A DNA stretch of 32,050 nt from a virus (Duplodnaviria > Caudoviricetes), in IMG/VR virus record IMGVR_UViG_3300033076_000614, positions 1-32,050 of that record, one strand, 5' to 3'. The translations under genes and the position numbers were made by a program. Under the pieces are notes generated by a model. It saw only the letters and a list, made by a program, of their open reading frames with translations. It was not told the origin of the DNA and made no database searches. The stretch's first letter is position 1; each line of letters opens with the position of its first letter. Below, one piece after another: positions 16,978 to 24,744 of the stretch.

Positions 16978-17286
16978 ATGGGTAGGATCGCACAGCGCGT
17001 GGTCGATGGTCTGATGGAGCGTCGCGGAGAGCACCCCGCCCCGCCTGGAGGATCACAAGTGTTCACTGAGCAGGACGCCACCGGGTTCACGTTCACTGTG
17101 CTCGCGCGCGGCGACGCGTTCGAGGTCTACGCAGGGCGGCGCGACATCCATGCCTTCCCGCTCGAGGCGAGCAGCGTCGCGCGCTTCGTCCGTTGGTACG
17201 TCTGGACGTGGTGGGTGCGCGGGACGTGGTGCGGCCTCAAGCGATTGCTGTGGCGTGCTGCGCTGCGCAAGGCGCAGCGGACGTGA
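16978..17286 (+). CDS. Hypothetical protein with Trp-rich C-terminus
   Basis: GGAGG SD before ATG 16978. Confidence 0.65.
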   Translation: MGRIAQRVVDGLMERRGEHPAPPGGSQVFTEQDATGFTFTVLARGDAFEVYAGRRDIHAFPLEASSVARFVRWYVWTWWVRGTWCGLKRLLWRAALRKAQRT

Positions 17287-18188
17287 GCAGACACGACGAC
17301 GCTGAGCGCGCGGTGCAACGCCGCTTCGACCGACTCGCGGTGCGCGCGCCCGCGAGTTCGGCCGCGAGCACGTTCGATGCCGAGGCGGCCGCGATCACTC
17401 GCGACCTCGGGCGCAGCATCCGAGGCCGGGCCGATCGCGAGCTCACCGTCAGTGCTCAGCGCGACATACTGGCGCGAGTGCGCACGTCGCTCCGCGCTTC
17501 CGGCGCTACGATCGTCGCGGAGATCGGCGACCTCCAGGCCGAGGCGCACGCGGACAGCGTGCGCGGGCTCGTCGCGTTCATGCGCACTGTGGATGGCGCG
17601 AGCCCCGCGATCGACTCGCCCGGTTCGCTGCGCGCGATGCTCGCCTCTCGTCGCCGCGAGCTCGACTCGACGATGCGCGAGATCGTGAACCGGAACTTGG
17701 CAGAGAGCATCGGCCGCGTCAGCGAACGCCTCACCGCTCTGCGCCGCGAGGGCGCGACGCTGGCGCAGGCGACGCAAGCAGTCGGAGAGATGCTCGAGGC
17801 CGAGGCGTGGCGCATGCAACGCATCGCACGCACAGAGGCGGCAGCGGCGTACAACGCGGGTCAGCTCGACGGCATTCAGACGCTTCGGCGCGCAGTGCCA
17901 GACATCCACGCTCGATGGGTCGAGCATGTGAGCGACTCGACCTGGCAGCCCACAGACAAGAGGACTGCGAAGGATTCGATCGCTCTACACGGGCAAGTCG
18001 TCATCCCAGGCGGCCTGTTCGTGATGCCGAATGATCGCAGCGTTCGTTCCTCCACATGGGGAATGACGTGGGCCTACCCCCCGAACAGACCGAATGATCG
18101 CGCGGTGCTGATGCCGTGGCGTCGTTCGTGGGGTGTGCCTGGGTGGGTGCCGATCAATGGTGAGAGGCACTGGCTCGTTCGACGATAG
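17283..18188 (+). CDS. MuF / SPP1 gp7-like minor head protein
   Basis: RMQRIARTEAAAAYNAG, DKRT...LHGQV and PPNRPNDR (variant of PPxHPNCRC). Confidence 0.85.
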   Translation: MSRHDDAERAVQRRFDRLAVRAPASSAASTFDAEAAAITRDLGRSIRGRADRELTVSAQRDILARVRTSLRASGATIVAEIGDLQAEAHADSVRGLVAFMRTVDGASPAIDSPGSLRAMLASRRRELDSTMREIVNRNLAESIGRVSERLTALRREGATLAQATQAVGEMLEAEAWRMQRIARTEAAAAYNAGQLDGIQTLRRAVPDIHARWVEHVSDSTWQPTDKRTAKDSIALHGQVVIPGGLFVMPNDRSVRSSTWGMTWAYPPNRPNDRAVLMPWRRSWGVPGWVPINGERHWLVRR

Positions 18189-18192
18189 GGTA

Positions 18193-18221
18193 TTGCGGTG
18201 CCGATTCCTGTCGGCTACCTT
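18193..18221 (+). promoter_or_regulatory. Putative sigma70-type promoter TTGCGG-N17-TACCTT
   Basis: Intergenic, 17-nt spacer, upstream of ATG 18245. Confidence 0.5.
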
Positions 18222-18244
18222 CGCGATGAAAGAGGGATCTCAAC

Positions 18245-18736
18245 ATGGCCGTCAATCCGAAGCAGATGGAAGCGTGGCTCCGACCCGACGACGAGGAGGA
18301 AGACCTCGACGAAGAGATGCCCGCCGAAGGCGGCGAGGAGATGCCCGCAGACGAAGCCGGCGAGGAGATGCCGGAAGACGGCGATGTCGACTCGCCGGAA
18401 GAGGCTGCTGCCGAAGGCGATCTCGAGTCGCGCTACCCGACCCTCTTCCAACTGCTCGAAGATCAGGGGCTCGAGGTCGAGGACGCCGCCGATGTTCTCG
18501 ACGGCGAGATGCTCACCAACCCCGACGCCGTGTTCGAGGGTGAGGAGCGCGACATGCTGCTCCAGGCCGCCGAGGCGCTGCCCGACGACGTGCGCGAGGC
18601 GCTCAAGTCCGAGGCCGCCGAGCTGACGTGGGACGACGCGATCTCGATCGCCGACGCGCTCGAGGCCGGCGAGCACATCACGGACCCCGAGCGCTTCGCG
18701 GGTCTGATCTTCCACGTTCGCCAAGTCCTCGTCTGA
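18245..18736 (+). CDS. Highly acidic protein with EEMP repeats
   Basis: Very Asp/Glu-rich, strong GC3 bias. Confidence 0.8.
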   Translation: MAVNPKQMEAWLRPDDEEEDLDEEMPAEGGEEMPADEAGEEMPEDGDVDSPEEAAAEGDLESRYPTLFQLLEDQGLEVEDAADVLDGEMLTNPDAVFEGEERDMLLQAAEALPDDVREALKSEAAELTWDDAISIADALEAGEHITDPERFAGLIFHVRQVLV

Positions 18737-18752
18737 GGTGATAGGCTGAGTC

Positions 18753-18950
18753 ATGCACCGCAAGGGAGAACCGCCGATCATCATGGGATCGCTCGAGGGG
18801 ATGACCTTCCCAGCGAACCGCTACGCGACGCCGGAGACTTCCGGCCTCACCCCGGCGCGCGGCGATCTGATCGTCCCGCCGCTCGCAGGCATGGAGCTCG
18901 GCGAGCCCGTGCCGTTCGTTCTCGTCCCGCACCGAGGAGAGAAGCTGTGA
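18753..18950 (+). CDS. Pro-rich microprotein
   Basis: 65 aa. TG-A-TAGGCT lies 5 nt upstream; GTGA-coupled to next gene. Confidence 0.6.
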   Translation: MHRKGEPPIIMGSLEGMTFPANRYATPETSGLTPARGDLIVPPLAGMELGEPVPFVLVPHRGEKL

Positions 18951-19141
18951 CGCAACCGTCGCCCACCAAGCTCACCACGTCGCGCAACCGCGCGCTCCAG
19001 ATCGGGGCAGCTTCGGCAGGCTTCGCGGAGCTCGACACCTCGGGCACGCAGCCCGTCGTGAACGCGCCTGCGATCCACGATGTCGGCAGCACGCCTGCTC
19101 CGACGACCATCCCGACCCCGTTCGCCATCAAGGGAGGCTGA
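18947..19141 (+). CDS. Microprotein 1 ending TIPTPFAIKGG
   Basis: GAGGAG SD; C-terminal motif shared with the next two genes. Confidence 0.7.
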   Translation: MTQPSPTKLTTSRNRALQIGAASAGFAELDTSGTQPVVNAPAIHDVGSTPAPTTIPTPFAIKGG

Positions 19142-19143
19142 TC

Positions 19144-19314
19144 ATGGCCGAGGCCAAACCGAACCAAGCGGTGTTCAGCAGCGCGTCTCAGACGCGCACC
19201 GCCAACGAGATCGTCGAGTCGCAGACGGGCTCGTACAAGTGCCTGGAGACGCGCACGGGGAACACCCCGCCGCCCTCCACCATCTCCACCCCGTACTCGA
19301 CCAAGGGAGGCTGA
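19144..19314 (+). CDS. Microprotein 2 ending TISTPYSTKGG (not in ORF track)
   Basis: GGAGG SD. 56 aa MAEAKPNQAVFSSASQ...KGG translated by hand. Confidence 0.7.
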   Translation: MAEAKPNQAVFSSASQTRTANEIVESQTGSYKCLETRTGNTPPPSTISTPYSTKGG

Positions 19315-19317
19315 CCG

Positions 19318-19503
19318 ATGCCCGCACCGCAGGACAAGATCACGCAGATCGGCGCACAGCGCGCGTACCAAGACCCGAACGACGCCGCGCTCACCGGCAC
19401 CTACCGCGACGCCGCTGCCGAGCTCTCGCCCGAGCAGAGGTCGCCGCTCGTCAACTTCCCCGTCGCCCCGACCATCGCGCCGTACTCGATCAAGGGCGGC
19501 TGA
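19318..19503 (+). CDS. Microprotein 3 ending PTIAPYSIKGG
   Basis: GGAGG SD; 61 aa. Confidence 0.7.
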   Translation: MPAPQDKITQIGAQRAYQDPNDAALTGTYRDAAAELSPEQRSPLVNFPVAPTIAPYSIKGG

Positions 19504-19589
19504 GCTCTCTGGTCCCTACCGCCAGATCGCGGCGCGGTGCTGCTACGCGACGCGAGAGTCCGTGCTCCTCTGAGACTCACGCAGCCTAA

Positions 19590-19638
19590 GAGCCGGATGG
19601 TCCAAGGGCAGGAGGTTCGACTCCCCTGCGGCTCTCCA
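19590..19638 (+). ncRNA. tRNA-like element lacking an anticodon arm (acceptor stem + T-arm + CCA)
   Basis: GAGCCG pairs with CGGCTC, followed by T-CCA. T-arm GGAGG-TTCGACT-CCCCT. Only about 14 nt lie between the acceptor 5' strand and the T-arm. Confidence 0.55.
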
Positions 19639-19654
19639 AGAGAACCACCCAAGC

Positions 19655-20035
19655 ATGTCCGACACTTTCCGCCTCCAAGGAACCTACTCGACCACGCCGC
19701 TCGTCGGCGTGCCGTCCGGGTTCCCTTCGCTCGCTGCGCCGATCAACGAGATCGCTCAGCTGGCAGGAAAGCAGCCTGGGCAATACACCCTCGACACCGA
19801 TGCCGCCGTCGATGTAGCTTTCGGTGGCCTCAGTGCTGCGAACGTCGTCATCATCAAAGCAGTAGGTGGTCCGATTCGCGTTCGCTTGACGACGGGCTCT
19901 GAGTCTGATCAAGTGGTGCGAGTCGATTCATTCCTCGTGCTGCTCTCGTACACTGTCCCTTACACGGCGATCGACCTGACTCGTTCGCCTGGCGTCGAAA
20001 CAATCGTCGAGGTGTTCCTCGGCCAGACCGAATGA
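19655..20035 (+). CDS. Hypothetical (probably virion) beta-rich protein
   Basis: 126 aa in the head module. Confidence 0.75.
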   Translation: MSDTFRLQGTYSTTPLVGVPSGFPSLAAPINEIAQLAGKQPGQYTLDTDAAVDVAFGGLSAANVVIIKAVGGPIRVRLTTGSESDQVVRVDSFLVLLSYTVPYTAIDLTRSPGVETIVEVFLGQTE

Positions 20036-20051
20036 AGGAGATCCTGTTCCC

Positions 20052-20519
20052 ATGACCACGACGAAGACCCTCACCTATCGCGACGTTCTCAACCGGGCGA
20101 ACCCGAACGACATCGCCGACGCCCTGCGCGCGGTGAAGATCGGGAACATGCTCTCGAAGATCAAGGTCACGGTCGCCGCGCTCACTGCGACGGCGACGCC
20201 CGACATCACGAGTCAGGATGTGCTCGACGCCGCGACCGTCACTGGGATCGAGCTCGCCGGCGAGACCCTCCCGGCGATCGGCAAGGTCGTGGCGCTGCGC
20301 TGCACCACCTCGGGCACCGCGAACACGGTCGGCTCCTACGCCGTCACCGACGCGAGCGGCACCGTGCTGTCGCCGACCGCGTCCACTGTCGTCGGCCTCG
20401 CGAAGCTCTCGGACGACGGCACCACGCTGACGTTCCCCACCACCGTCACCGGCTTCGTCCTCGAGTACTACCCGGCCGCCGCCGTGGACCTCGACGACCA
20501 GTTCGAGAACGGCATCTGA
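20052..20519 (+). CDS. Putative capsid decoration/structural protein
   Basis: AAGGAG SD, extreme GC3 bias suggesting high expression, Thr/Ala-rich. Confidence 0.7.
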   Translation: MTTTKTLTYRDVLNRANPNDIADALRAVKIGNMLSKIKVTVAALTATATPDITSQDVLDAATVTGIELAGETLPAIGKVVALRCTTSGTANTVGSYAVTDASGTVLSPTASTVVGLAKLSDDGTTLTFPTTVTGFVLEYYPAAAVDLDDQFENGI

Positions 20520-20525
20520 TCGCCG

Positions 20526-20568
20526 CACCCGACGTGCTCTGTTCATGGTGACCAGAGCACGTCGGGTG
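20526..20568 (+). other. Perfect 16-bp inverted repeat (hairpin)
   Basis: CACCCGACGTGCTCTG (20526-20541) / CAGAGCACGTCGGGTG (20553-20568); no U-tract. Confidence 0.8.
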
Positions 20569-20680
20569 TCCTCCTCCGCGTACACAACCACCAACCGATC
20601 GCAGACGACGAGGCACGCGCCGGGCGGCGTCACAGCCCGTAACAGACCACCTCCGATGCTGCGATCAAGGTGACGAGCAC

Positions 20681-21484
20681 ATGCCCCCCGAGAACGACCC
20701 GACCCTGAACACCAACGCCCCTGCTCCTGCCGAGGCCGCGCCTGCGGCACTCGAGGCTGCGCCTGCTGTCGACACTTCTGTCGCCAGCGGCAAGGTCGTG
20801 CAGATGCCCTCCGCTGCGATCGCGAAGATGCGGCGCGAGGAGCGCGAGAAGGGGAAGCGCGCACTCCAGGCCGAGCTCGACGCGAGCGCGAAGAAGCTCG
20901 GGTTCGAGTCGCACGCGGCGCTCGTCGCAGCGGCCGAGGCTGCGAAGAAGGCACCGCCTGCGAAGCCGCAGACGCAGGCTCGCCCGCAGCAGCGCGTGGT
21001 GCCGGCTGCGCGGGTCGAGAAGGACAAGGCGGTGCGCGAAGCCGAGATCATCAAGGCGCGGCGCGCGGCAGCAGTCGCCGAGAAGCGCCTCCGTCGCGAA
21101 CGTCGCGCGACGCAGAAGCTCCAAGCCGAGTACGCTCTGCGCGAGGCTGCGGTGCGCTCGGGGATCAGCGACCCCGAGTTCGCGCTCCACCTGCTGCGGA
21201 AGCAGATGCAAGGCAAGACGCAGCAGGAGCTCGCAGGCTTCGACGAGTCCAAGTTCTTCGCCGGCCTCCGCGACACGCACGCCTATCTCTTCGGCGTCAC
21301 GGTGCAGCCCGCGACGACCTCGCCCGGCAAGAAGGGCGAGGCTGCCGCCGCACCGGCACCGAAGGGGCTCGAGGCCCCACCCGCACCGACTACCCCCGAC
21401 GCGCGCAAGATGTCGCGTGAGGAGTACAACGAGCATCTCGCCAAGCTCGGAATCCGCAATCCCGCGATGGGGTTCTCTCACTGA
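20681..21484 (+). CDS. Capsid scaffolding protein
   Basis: Directly upstream of capsid gene. Ala/Pro/charged coiled-coil with C-terminal helix DARKMSREEYNEHLAKLGI. Confidence 0.75.
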   Translation: MPPENDPTLNTNAPAPAEAAPAALEAAPAVDTSVASGKVVQMPSAAIAKMRREEREKGKRALQAELDASAKKLGFESHAALVAAAEAAKKAPPAKPQTQARPQQRVVPAARVEKDKAVREAEIIKARRAAAVAEKRLRRERRATQKLQAEYALREAAVRSGISDPEFALHLLRKQMQGKTQQELAGFDESKFFAGLRDTHAYLFGVTVQPATTSPGKKGEAAAAPAPKGLEAPPAPTTPDARKMSREEYNEHLAKLGIRNPAMGFSH

Positions 21485-21566
21485 TCACCGGCTCGGTCGC
21501 ATGATCGGGCATCGAACGTAGCCAGACACCAACGCGGCACGAGGCCGCACAGAACGAGGTAAGAAC

Positions 21567-22979
21567 GTGCCCGACTTCTCCACAATCCTCCAGACGCCCG
21601 AGGTCCGCCAGGTCGTGCAGGACAACCTGCTCGAGAGGGCATTCCACGACGCCCTGTTCCCCGGTCTTCTGTACCGTGGAGAGGCCGTGCCGCAGCCGTG
21701 GCCGCTCAACAGCGGCGACACGCAGATCTTCTCTGCGCCCGGCCTGATGACGCCGAAGCAGCGTCCGCTCCAGCCGGGCGTCGACCCGAGCGTCAGCTCG
21801 TACACGGTCGAGCAGTGGACCGCGACGCTCCAGCAGTACGCCGACTCGATCGACACGCACATGCCGACCAGCATCGCGGCGATCATCGACCTCTTCATGC
21901 GCAACGCGCACCAGCTGGGCATGAGCGCGTCGCAGGCGCTCAACCGCATCGTCCGCGACCGCATGTTCAACGCGGCGCTCTCCGGTTGGACGGTCACGCA
22001 GACCGGGTACACCGGAGGCGCGAGCACGTCGCTCCCCGTGATGTCGATCAACGGCTTCACCACGGCGCGCAACCCGTCGCTCGCGGGCGGGAGCAAGGTC
22101 CGCTTCGACACCGTCTCGGCAAGCAATCCGCTGACGATCGAGATCGAGGGCCTCGGTTCGAACACCGTCGTCGGCTTCACTGCCGACAACCCCGGCGACA
22201 CGGTCGGCCCCGGCACGCTGATCCTCGGCTCGGCCGTCGCCATCGGAACCGCGCGTCGGTACGTCCGCTCGATCGACCGCTCGAACATCGTGCGCGTCGG
22301 CGGCGGGAACAAGGTCGACGATCTCGCGACGACCGACATCCTCGCGCTCGCCCCGATCCGTCAGGCCGTCGCGTCGTTCTGGCAGAACAACGTGCCGACC
22401 CACATCGACGGGCGCTTCCACGGTCACGTCGACCCGACCAACATCTCGCAGGTGTACGAGGACGACGAGTTCCAGCGGCTCAACACCTCGCTCCCCGACT
22501 ACGTCATCTACCGCCAGTTCGCGCTCGGCGAGATCCTCAACGTGGTCTTCTTCCGCAACACGGAGTCGCCGATCGCTCAGACCGTCCAGACGGTGAACAG
22601 CGACGGCATCACCTACACGCCCGACGATCAGTTCGCGGGTGAGCTCTACTCGAACGGCAACGCCTCCACGGGCGTCCCCGTGCACCGCACGCTCCTCACG
22701 GCGCAGGGCGGCATCTACGAGTACTACCAGGACATGATGGCGCTGATCACCGACGCCGGCCTCAACGGCAAGGTCGCGGACCCGCGCATCGTCAACAACG
22801 GCATCGAGGTGATGAGCGACCGCATCCAGCTCGTCATCCGTGGTCCGCTGAACCGCCTCCAAGACCTCGTCTCCACGTCGTGGAAGTTCCTCGGCGACTG
22901 GCCGGCGCGCACCGACGCAGCGACCGGAGACGCGGCCCGCTACAAGCGGTTCATCGCGATCGAGACGGGCGCGGCCTGA
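21567..22979 (+). CDS. Major capsid protein
   Basis: 470 aa after scaffold, highest GC3 bias. NSGDTQIF...TATLQQYADSIDT resembles N4-gp56-type HK97-fold capsids. Confidence 0.85.
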   Translation: MPDFSTILQTPEVRQVVQDNLLERAFHDALFPGLLYRGEAVPQPWPLNSGDTQIFSAPGLMTPKQRPLQPGVDPSVSSYTVEQWTATLQQYADSIDTHMPTSIAAIIDLFMRNAHQLGMSASQALNRIVRDRMFNAALSGWTVTQTGYTGGASTSLPVMSINGFTTARNPSLAGGSKVRFDTVSASNPLTIEIEGLGSNTVVGFTADNPGDTVGPGTLILGSAVAIGTARRYVRSIDRSNIVRVGGGNKVDDLATTDILALAPIRQAVASFWQNNVPTHIDGRFHGHVDPTNISQVYEDDEFQRLNTSLPDYVIYRQFALGEILNVVFFRNTESPIAQTVQTVNSDGITYTPDDQFAGELYSNGNASTGVPVHRTLLTAQGGIYEYYQDMMALITDAGLNGKVADPRIVNNGIEVMSDRIQLVIRGPLNRLQDLVSTSWKFLGDWPARTDAATGDAARYKRFIAIETGAA

Positions 22980-22984
22980 GCCGT

Positions 22985-23356
22985 GATGCGCACGCTGGCG
23001 ACAGCCTTGCAAGAGGTGCGGGCTCGCAACCCGCGCGTGCGTCCGATTGCCCCTCGTGGGCGTCGTGCCGAGGTCTTCCCTGGTGGAAGCAGATACGGGT
23101 CCGGCAAGACCTGTTCTCGGCAACCTGCCGCGTGTCTCGGAGCTTCGTCTCCGGGGGTGCCATCGCAGCAGGCGTACCTCGTCGGTGTGTCCACTCTGGT
23201 CGAGTGGTTCCCCTTCGAGGGTTCAGACGGATTGGACCTGATCGCTTCGGCGTGACTGTCCCCGGGCAGGGAGCCTCAAGCTGACACGAGCCTCGACCTC
23301 TCGATAATCGGGTCGCTAAACCCAAAGCGCGAGATCACTCCCTGCCCGGCCGTCAC
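22985..23356 (+). ncRNA. Candidate large structured non-coding RNA
   Basis: About 400-nt gap filled with nested stems, GNRA and cUUCGg tetraloops and a perfect 12-bp stem (see findings). Confidence 0.6.
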
Positions 23357-23383
23357 CTCTCCCCATCCACTGAGGATGCACCC

Positions 23384-23737
23384 ATGAGCAGCACGACGAA
23401 GACCGAGCAGACGAAGATCAGCCCCGCACCCAAGCCGGTCGCTCCGATGCGCCAACCGGGCGACGCCCCGGCCCCTGCACCAGAGCGCGCCGAGGCCGCA
23501 CCGGCACCGGCACCGGCACCGCCTGCGCCTCCCTCGGAGACTCTGGGTGCGCTGCCCGACACGCGCCCAGCGCCCGTGTCGGTGGTGCGTTGGCGCGTGG
23601 TCGAGAAGGCCAAGGCCGTGTTCAACGGCGGGCGGCACGCGCTCGCGGCGGGAAAGATCCTCGACGAAAGCTCACTCGGCGCGAAGGCGATCGAGTCGAT
23701 CCGCGCTCAAGGCGTGAAGCTCGAGCGCGTGGAGTGA
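23384..23737 (+). CDS. Pro/Ala-rich protein with small C-terminal domain (post-capsid accessory)
   Basis: GAGGA SD; position after capsid gene. Confidence 0.7.
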   Translation: MSSTTKTEQTKISPAPKPVAPMRQPGDAPAPAPERAEAAPAPAPAPPAPPSETLGALPDTRPAPVSVVRWRVVEKAKAVFNGGRHALAAGKILDESSLGAKAIESIRAQGVKLERVE

Positions 23738-23741
23738 TCGA

Positions 23742-24185
23742 ATGACCGGCACACTCACCGAGGAAGAGAAGGCGCGCGTCAGGCACCACATGGGATATCC
23801 CGAGGTGCAGCCCGCCGCGTCGCTCGTCTACGGCGTGCCGAAGCCTGCTCAGACTGCGTTCTTGCTCGAGTCGGCGATGGGTCTTCTGATCGACACCGCC
23901 GTCCCGCGCGTGCGATCAATCCTGCAAATCTGCGACGATCTCGAGCAGCAGATGGTCGACGCACAGTGCTACCTCGTCGCCGACAGCCTGGGCGAGATCC
24001 ACTTGGCGGGCGCAGGCGGCGACTCGAAGAACCGTCTCGTCACAGAGCGGCTCGAGGGCGAGTACGTCCGCTGGGCGATGCGCCTCGCAGACGTGTTCGG
24101 CTGCCCGCTCTACCCGTTCTCCGAACGCTTCCGCCGAGGCACCGGGACTCCGCGCTACGGCAACCTCGGCGTGAGGAACGGGTGA
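23742..24185 (+). CDS. Putative head-tail adaptor
   Basis: LTEEEKARVRHHMGYP start, helical, neck position. Confidence 0.6.
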   Translation: MTGTLTEEEKARVRHHMGYPEVQPAASLVYGVPKPAQTAFLLESAMGLLIDTAVPRVRSILQICDDLEQQMVDAQCYLVADSLGEIHLAGAGGDSKNRLVTERLEGEYVRWAMRLADVFGCPLYPFSERFRRGTGTPRYGNLGVRNG

Positions 24186-24189
24186 TCGT

Positions 24190-24744
24190 GTGGTGCAGCC
24201 GCGACAGAAGCTCGGGTTCACCGTACTGAGCGGATCGAACTTCTCACGCACTCTCGCGCAGAAGCTCGTGCCCTGCGTCGACTGCGTGCGCGATCTGAAC
24301 ACGAAGTTTGGCGTGCGCCCGTACATCGTCCGCATGGTGTGGACGCGCTGGAGCGGCGGCGAGCGCGGGTACGGCGTCGAGGATGTCGTGCGCGAGGCGA
24401 TGGTGCTGCCGACGCCGAAGGTCGATCCGATGACGGCGCTCGACAAGCAGACGATGGTGGTCGGCGACGAGGAGTTCGGTGAGCTCATGCTGACCGAGGT
24501 GTCGGGCCGCTTCACTGAGGACGAGCTCAGCGGTCGCACGAACGAAGGCGAAGGCGTGCCCGACGACCTGAACTTCTACTATGAGATCGAGTTCCCGAAT
24601 CAGCACCACGAGCCAGGCAACGCCACACGCCGCCGCTTCACTCTGTCGGGCACCCCGTCCTACGACTCGATGACGTTCCAGTGGAAGTTCAAGCTCATGC
24701 GCGCAGGCGAGAACCGCCTGCGTGACGGGACGCCGGAGGACTGA
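24190..24744 (+). CDS. Putative head closure / neck protein
   Basis: Beta-rich; position between adaptor and tail-completion gene. Confidence 0.55.
   Translation: MVQPRQKLGFTVLSGSNFSRTLAQKLVPCVDCVRDLNTKFGVRPYIVRMVWTRWSGGERGYGVEDVVREAMVLPTPKVDPMTALDKQTMVVGDEEFGELMLTEVSGRFTEDELSGRTNEGEGVPDDLNFYYEIEFPNQHHEPGNATRRRFTLSGTPSYDSMTFQWKFKLMRAGENRLRDGTPED

Noticed and set aside
19590-19638. Functional tRNA gene
   Set aside because: Only 49 nt, with no anticodon arm. Kept as a tRNA-like element instead.
20526-20568. Intrinsic terminator call for this hairpin (and for 28104-28139)
   Set aside because: No U-tract follows and both lie inside apparent operons. Recorded only as hairpins.
22983-23284. ORFs 22983-23255 and 22880-23284 as proteins
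   Set aside because: No SD, codon usage unlike flanking genes and no motifs. The region is better explained by RNA structure, although coding is not formally excluded.
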